Below, in pieces: positions 57,381-64,000 of a DNA stretch of 64,000 bases. The notes under the pieces were generated by a model. That model was not told where the DNA came from, did no database searches, and saw only the letters and a program-made list of their open reading frames with translations. Origin of the DNA: Heteronotia binoei (Eukaryota); the NCBI RefSeq assembly GCF_032191835.1, contig NC_083237.1, forward strand, positions 29,698,001 to 29,762,000, given 5' to 3'. A program made the translations under genes and the position numbers. Position 1 is the first letter of the stretch, and each line of letters begins with the position of its first letter.

Positions 57381-60300
57381 CAGTTCAAGCTGTTGGATTA
57401 CTTTGGGGTTAAAGGTCAAAAGGGGGGGGAGGAGGAAACTCAGAGGTCCTGGATTCAGATTCAGTCCCGGTTATAATTTCCCCAATTTCTCCCCCCCACT
57501 GCAAGAACCTCAGCAAGTGCAGGAGGTGGGTGCTTCCCCTGGTCCAGACCTCCCCAGAGAACCTAACCCCAATCAGACGATCCAAAACCTGCGGGTCCAG
57601 TTGGCAGCTGCACTAGCTGAGGTAGAAACTGTCCGGGCTGTGGCTGCTGTGAGTGAAAACACCAAGCATGAGGCCGTGGAGGCTGTCCGACGCCAATGCC
57701 AAGAAGAGGTGGCCTCTCTGCAAACTATTCTAAAAGGTGAGAGACCCAGGTGTCAGGCCAGAGGAGGAAGGAATGGGCTGGGCATACTGGTACAGAAGTG
57801 AAGAACCCTGCTGGAGCTGACCAAAAATGCATCTAGTCCAACTTCCTGGCTGACTGGAAGATGCTTAAGCAGGGTTGTGCTGGCCAAAGCCTCCCTCTAA
57901 TGCAGCTTAACACCCCCCCCCCCACACGTACTATTTAGAAAGACACTGATTTTGAAAACGCAGGTTCCATTCAGGCTTTCCAATGTTACCTCTGAGAATT
58001 GGTGTGGGAGGGAGGAGCAGGACCCCAGAGTTGAGCTGGCTTTCCGTGCACGTCAACAACATGAGAGTTCTTTTCCTACAGACACCATCTCTAGTTATGA
58101 GGCGCGTCTTTCGGCTCTAGAGCGCGACAGTCGGGAGAATGTGTGGAGCCGCCTCCTGCCAAGGAGCAGCCCCTTGGACTCCTTGGAGAAACAGATGGAA
58201 AAGGTGACTGAGGACTTCCTTCCGATCCATCGGGGAGGCAGAGAGCCTCTAGGTGGGCCTCTGACGAGTGTGTTTCCTCTCTCCCTGCAGGCACAGGAAG
58301 ACTCCGAGCGGCTCCGGGCCATTGTGCTGCCGATGGAGCAGGAAATCGAGGAACTGAAGGGGAAGCTGGCCAGGGCGGAGGGGCTGGTTCAGGAGCTTCA
58401 GAGTGAGCAGGTGAGCTGGGGAGGAAATGGAAAGAGAATCTCAAATGCCAAAGCTGCTTGGGTGGGCGAGACTGCGATGGGGAAAGGAAGGGGAATCTCT
58501 GCCAAAAGCACTCATGGGAACTGGGTATTCACAAATAAATTGGCATTTCAGTAAGTGTCTTTGAAAATCTAGGACAGGGGTGGCCAAACTGTGGCTTGGG
58601 AGCCACATGTGACTTTTTCACACATATTGTGTGGCTCTCAAAGCCCCCACTGCCCTGTCAGCTGGCTTGGAGAAGGCATTTATCTCTTTAAATCATGTCT
58701 CCAAGCCAGTCAGTCACTTAGAAAAGGCATTTAAAGTTAAAGTAGCTTTCTTTCCACCTCTCCCTCCCCATCTTCCTTCTTGCCTGCTTGCCTGTCTTCT
58801 GGCTCTCAAACATCTGACATTTATTCTATGTGGCTCTTATGTTCAGCCAGTTTGGCCACCCCTGCTCTAGGGCTACATATTTGCGCTGGGATGGTGTAGC
58901 TTCTTCTTTTTCTTTTTTTTAATCTCTAAATCAATAGAAGGTCAATATACAAATTAACAAATAACAGAAATTTGACTGATAGGTGCCAGAACAGTGGCAG
59001 GACAAATTGAAGTTTTAAGCAATGGCTGCTGTTCTGGCAAAATCCTGCTGGATTAATTATCTGTGAAAATTTGTGTTGCCAATTAGAACTTCTCCAGCTC
59101 ATGTAATTTTGGAGATTCCCTTTGGCCCCTGAAATTATAGGGCTGGGGCAACAGGTTTTCCTGCTGGCAGCACACAAATGAATGCTCATCCCATCCAGGC
59201 TGCTTTGGCATTTTTAGAATTTCTGTGAAGGCCTCTTATTAATTTGTAGTTTGTTTGCTATCAGGGCGGCCTCTTTAGCTCCTCTGAATCCCTCCTCACT
59301 GAGCCAGTACTCCCTGACGGACCAAGGAATGACCGTGGCACTTCAGAGGAAGGAGGGGTGGCTGAGAAATTTGCCTCTGGCCTTGACAGTGTCTCCATCG
59401 CCTCATCGTCCTTGCTGGTACCAAGCCCTGGGCCTCCAATCCGGCGCAGACGCTCCCCCAGCCCTGAGACCATATCAATTGCCTCCTCCAGTGGGACCCT
59501 GGTGCCAGAGACCATCTACCTATCACCTGCTGGGTTTCAGCTGGTGCCTGACTCAGAATGGACGCAACTTCACAACAAGGTGTGTGTACGCGTTAAGAAC
59601 AAGAGTGGAACCTGCAAGAGACAAGAAAGCTGTATAGGCTTTGGGGTGAAAACAAGTGTCCTCCCACCCTCTTTGTGGCCTTTCAATTGTAGCACACCTC
59701 TGAAGATCAGAGGAATGGTTTTGCTCTTGGCTGAACCTGGAGATGGAACTGAATGCTGGATTGGCTCTGGCTTGACCGTGACTTTTGGCTTCCTTCTAAA
59801 TGGAAAAGCCCCTGTGAGAGAATTCACAAGCCTGTCTCCTGTAGTGAGGAGGGGGACGGAGAGGAGGGGAAGTGAGGCCTGTCCCAGGAGATGGACTGGA
59901 TGATGTGGGACTAGTGAGAGAAGGAAAGGTGGGCAGAGAGCCCTGGGAGGGACCTGTTTTGCTGGGCATGTGCAGGACAGAACCAAATATTCTGGGCACT
60001 GCAGTTACACTTGGAGGCCACTAATATCATACTGATTCTTGGTGGACTTCCCCATCAGCCAGGTTTCAAAGGCAGCAACATCACCAGCAATTATGTATGT
60101 CATATCCAGTGTTCTCTCTAAACTGAGTTAGTGTGAGCTAGCTCACAGTTTTTTAGCCTCCGGCTCATACATTTTTGTCTTAGCTCAGGAAAAATGACCC
60201 CAGAGCAAACTGATTTATGCAGTAGCTCACAACTTTAATGCCAGTAGCTCACAAAGCAGAGGTTTTGCTCACAAGATCCATAGCTTAGAGGGAGCATTGG

Positions 60301-61664
60301 TCATACCAGGGGGAAGATGCAGAGTTAAAATTACAGTATGAAGGAAACTTGTTCCAGAGATCTGTTGCCAGGGAGCAGGACAGGAGAGGAAACGTGTTGC
60401 TTTTCTGACCTGCTTGCAGGCTCCCCCAAAGCATCTAGCTGGCTATTGGAGGAACAGGATACTGGGCCAAAAATTGCCATCCTAAGCATCTTCTAAGCCC
60501 ATAGAGCTGAATGGATTTAGGAGGTTGTGAATGTGTTTAGGGCTGTAGTGTTACACTCCTACGTTTTTAGTGGGCAAGGACCACAAAGCACTCCTGTTGC
60601 TCTCCAAGAATATACACCTGGCCTGACCCAGCTAACAGCTTCTCTTTTCTCCTGTTCCATTCTCCCATGCAAAAACAGCACCTTTATTTCAGTTGGGCAA
60701 TGAGCTGTGATAAACTGCAGTCCCTGGGCCATCTGACTTTTGCAATTGTTCCCATGAGCGCCAGGGGAATCCTGTTACATTCTTAATGGGAGAGGGGTTC
60801 AAAGAAGAACACTTCAAGCATACTGAATCAGGTCATTGGTTCATTGAGGTCCCTGATCTCTCATCTTGCACCATGGAGGCTGGACATGCGCCCAGCATCC
60901 AGCACCATCTAGTTAGCCTGAATAGGTAACCTATCTCTATCTCATAGCTGTGCTCTCCAGAATGCATTTCCTTTAATAAACGTTACTTATTAGTTTTAGA
61001 TCAGGTTACTGACTCTGTGTAACCTTGTAAGTCTGCTACCACACCTAGTTCTGGCTTTGCTGCATTGAAGCCTTGAGCTCTCTGCTTCATTTCTTGTGGT
61101 TCCCTGGCAGTACCAGAGAATCCAATAGCCACAGTGGTTTACTCAGAATGGTAGCAGTCCTCTAAGGTCTCAGGTGCAGATCTTTCATGTCACATAACTA
61201 CTTGATCCTTTTTTAAACCAGAGATGCTGGGGACTGAACCGGGAACCTTCTGCATGCAAAGCAGAGGGGTCTTCCCCTGAGCCACAGCCCCTCGCCAAGA
61301 AGCTGTGGAATAGTCAGAGTGGGACCCCAGCTTCCTTCTCTTACTCTTGATGTGGCCCTGATCCTTTCCCCCAGGTGCGGCAGCAACGGGAAGCTGTAGA
61401 AAAAGCATCTCGGGAAAAGGCCAACTTGGAGGAGATTCTGCAGCGCAGCAGTGAAGATTGCAGCAAGCAGGTACGTGTCGGCGGCATGCTGCTGAAACCC
61501 ACCCGGGACCTGTATCCTGACCACCTCTCCACACTCCATGACCTCTTGGTTCTTTCTTGGGGCAGGTCCAGGTTCTTTTTGCTCAGATCCAAAACTCAGA
61601 GGAGCTTCTCCGGGACCTCCAAAACTCGGTGAGCAAGAGCCAGCGGTTGACTCAGGAGCAGCTG
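57220..61664 (+). CDS. RABEP2: Rab GTPase-binding effector protein 2 (rabaptin-5 beta), first 7 coding exons; continues beyond the window
   Basis: Exons 57220-57226 (tentative), 57506-57736, 58082-58203, 58291-58410, 59265-59579, 61375-61470, 61566-61664, in frame. Motifs RQCQEEVASLQ.ILKD.ISSYEA, PLDSLEKQMEKA.EDSE.LR.IVLPME.EIEELK, GTLVPE.IYL and SEDC.KQ.QVL.AQ.QNSE.LLR match RABEP2. Confidence 0.93.
57506..57736 (+). CDS. RABEP2: RABEP2 exon 2
   Basis: EPQQVQ...LRVQLAAALAEVETVRAVAAVSENTKHEAVEAVRRQCQEEVASLQTILK. Confidence 0.93.
58082..58203 (+). CDS. RABEP2: RABEP2 exon 3
   Basis: DTISSYEARLSALERDSRENVWSRLLPRSSPLDSLEKQMEK. Confidence 0.93.
58291..58410 (+). CDS. RABEP2: RABEP2 exon 4
   Basis: AQEDSERLRAIVLPMEQEIEELKGKLARAEGLVQELQSEQ. 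Confidence 0.94.
59265..59579 (+). CDS. RABEP2: RABEP2 exon 5
   Basis: GGLFSSSESLL...SSSGTLVPETIYLSPAGFQLVPDSEWTQLHNK, 315 nt. Confidence 0.9.
61375..61470 (+). CDS. RABEP2: RABEP2 exon 6
   Basis: VRQQREAVEKASREKANLEEILQRSSEDCSKQ. Confidence 0.92.
61566..61664 (+). CDS. RABEP2: RABEP2 exon 7
   Basis: VQVLFAQIQNSEELLRDLQNSVSKSQRLTQEQL. Confidence 0.92.
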
Positions 61665-62346
61665 GTGAGTGTGATTTGTGTGCATTGACCGTGAGCAAGG
61701 GTAGGGAGGCCCGGGAAAGGCTGGGCAGCAAATGTTGGGGTTTGCAGAACTGTGGCTTTGAAGGGAGAAGGCTGGGAGTGAGTGTTGACTGGGAACTGGT
61801 TTGTGTTAAAGCTCCCCCCCACCCCACCTGTGGAAGTTCCTGGAAAAAATCCTGTGCTGGCCTGGGGATATGAAGCCTCTTCCCAAAGGCATTCCGCTCC
61901 TCCATCCCACTGCAGCATATGAAACGCATGAAACTGCCTTTTATTGCCTGCTCAGGCTGGCAGTGGCTTTCTGCTGTCTTCCATGTCATTTACTATCTGA
62001 TCCTTTTAACTGGAGATATTAGGGATTGAAGTAGGGACCTTCTGCGTGTGAAGCAGGGGCTGTGTTACTGAGCCACAGCCCCTCCCTTCTCTTCCCATCA
62101 CTGGCAATGGCTGTCTGTATGGGGGAGGGGGCTGTGCTGCTGCACTGACAGCAAGGCTTTTTTTGAGCAGGAACGAAGTTCTGGCTGGCTTGGTGCCAGG
62201 GGGTGTGGTCTAATATGCAAATGAGATCCTGCTGGGCTTTTTCCACAAAAAAAGCCTTGTGTGAAACAATGGTGATGTCAGGGTGTGTGGCCTAATATGC
62301 AGATTAGTTCCTGCTGGGCTTTTTGTACAAAGAAAGCCCTGACTGA

Positions 62347-63627
62347 TAAATTCGGCTGGCACACTTATATGTACTATGGAAAGAAAAAGTCGGATGGTTT
62401 TTTCCCTCACCATTATATAAGAAATAATCTACTAAATATTTGGATGAAGTACAAGAAATATGGCGATGAGAGAAAACCACTATGGATAGTGCCAGCAGAA
62501 GTAATAAGAATAAAAGCTGAGACAGGAGAGGAAAAAGGGATGTCATATAATCAACTACTAAAAATACAAAGTGGTAAAATAGAATTGAAAACTGCTGAAG
62601 AGTTGAATAATAAATATGATTGGTTTCAAATGCAACAAATAAAAAGTTTGGCGGAAAGCGATGTTAAAACTGAAGGAATAAGACGAGAACAAACAAATGG
62701 AAGAAGTTCTGCTTGGAGATAATGAAAAATTAATTTCGAAAATCTATAAGTTACTTTTAAAATGGTCTACAGAAGATGAAGTAGTGAAATCTCAAATGAT
62801 TAAGTGGGCAATTAATGTAAATAAAGAGATACAGATGGACACATGGGAATATCTGTGGAAGAACTCTATGAAACTCTCAGCATGTTAGAGTATTAAAGAA
62901 AACTGTTTTAAGATGATGTACAGATGGTATATGACTCCTAAAAAGTTGGCAAAGATGAACAATAAGATGCCAGATAGATGTTGGAAATGTAAAAAACATG
63001 AAGGTTCTTTCTACCATATGTGGTGGACTTCTGAAAGAGTGAAAAAGTACTGGCAGATGATTCAACAAGAGATTTCTAAGATCTTGGGATACGAATTTAA
63101 CAAAGTTGCAGAGACTTTTCTGTTGGGATTACAAATGGAAAAATTTCCAAAAGAAGATAGAACTTTAATTTGGTACTTGCTCTCAGCTGCTAGGACATCG
63201 TATGCGCAGCTGTGGAAGCAAGAGAAAATACCAGAGAAATGGGATTGGATTGTAAAAGTTATGACATGGAGTGAAATGGACAAGTTGACAAGAACCTTAA
63301 GAGACTATGATTTAGAAGTATTTAAGATGGAGTGGAAAAAGTTCAGAAGATACGTAGAAAAAGAGTGGAAAATAAAAGGACACTGGACAATTTTTGATAA
63401 TGACTTAAGTACAAGAGGGAGGAGGATATTAATTTTGCTTCTTATTAATTAAGTGTACCTTTAATATTAAGATTTTAAGTATATAACACCGGCAGGGGTC
63501 AAGTAACGGGGGGGGAGGGGGGGGTAGAAAGTAATATATGGGATAAATTTTTTTAAAAGTAATTATTAATGAAGTAAGAAATTGAAATTTATTACCATAT
63601 GTTACTAATAAAATTGTTTGTACCACA
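62347..63627 (+). mobile_element. 5'-truncated L1-clade LINE in a RABEP2 intron
   Basis: ORF2 C-terminal pieces nearly identical to 15583-21301; perfect 18-bp TSD AAAGAAAGCCCTGACTGA at 62329-62346 and 63628-63645. Confidence 0.93.
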
Positions 63628-64000
63628 AAAGAAAGCCCTGACTGACAGTAAATCCAGCTCTTGTGCATTGTTGGCTGGGCACGTAGCATCTCTCCTGCCA
63701 GCTGTGAGGAAAGCTGTCATGGAGCTCTTCCATGCATTTCAGCAAATGCACAGAACAAGAGGCTTTAAAATGTAATATCCACTGCCAAGGGGAAACACTT
63801 TCCAAAGCTTTCCATGTGGGCCTTGGAACATTTAAGCTGGCCCTTGAGAATCCCAGGACAGGGGTACAGGCTGAAGTATTCAGCTTCTCACTGTAGAAGC
63901 AGAAGAAGGCCAGCAAAATGAACTTCCTGGCGCAACTGAGAGAAGCCACTGCCTGTGGGCCATAGAGTGACATCGCTATGGTGAGAAGTCTCTATGCCTC

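Noticed and set aside
63605-64000. ORF and splice-like sites at the window end as a possible RABEP2 exon 8
   Set aside because: No frame resembles the expected AEL...HKCL...EV.RL.EEN segment; the next exon probably lies beyond the window.

Overview
Eukaryotic genomic DNA, intron- and repeat-rich. Sauria-type SINEs, a BovB tail and CR1, L2, L1, RTE, hAT and Penelope relics point to a squamate reptile; a gecko is my guess. All gene models were built by hand from splice signals, intron phase and recalled homologue sequences, with no database search. From left to right: (1) an unidentified candidate exon chain at 1-3.7 kb; (2) a TATA/5'TOP non-coding snoRNA host gene (+, about 13.3-15.4 kb) carrying two SNORD88 (HBII-180)-type C/D snoRNAs; (3) a nested CR1<L1<L2 stack with an intact 993-aa L2 ORF; (4) a complete 11-exon ACP4-type acid phosphatase (-, 397 aa, RHG and HD motifs intact); (5) a 6-7-exon gene (+, 44.76-54.48 kb) that keeps the integrin alphaM/X/D I-domain exons at their usual sizes but has no propeller, leg or transmembrane exons. 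It ends instead in a Pro-rich linker plus a Cys-flanked coiled coil with its own poly(A) site, predicting a secreted, oligomeric I-domain protein. This is the most unusual feature in the window; (6) the first seven coding exons of RABEP2 (+), which runs out of the window. Also present are hammerhead-like motifs in Penelope relics, a Pack-type MITE with a captured exon-like fragment, a full-length hAT element and a 77-nt hairpin.
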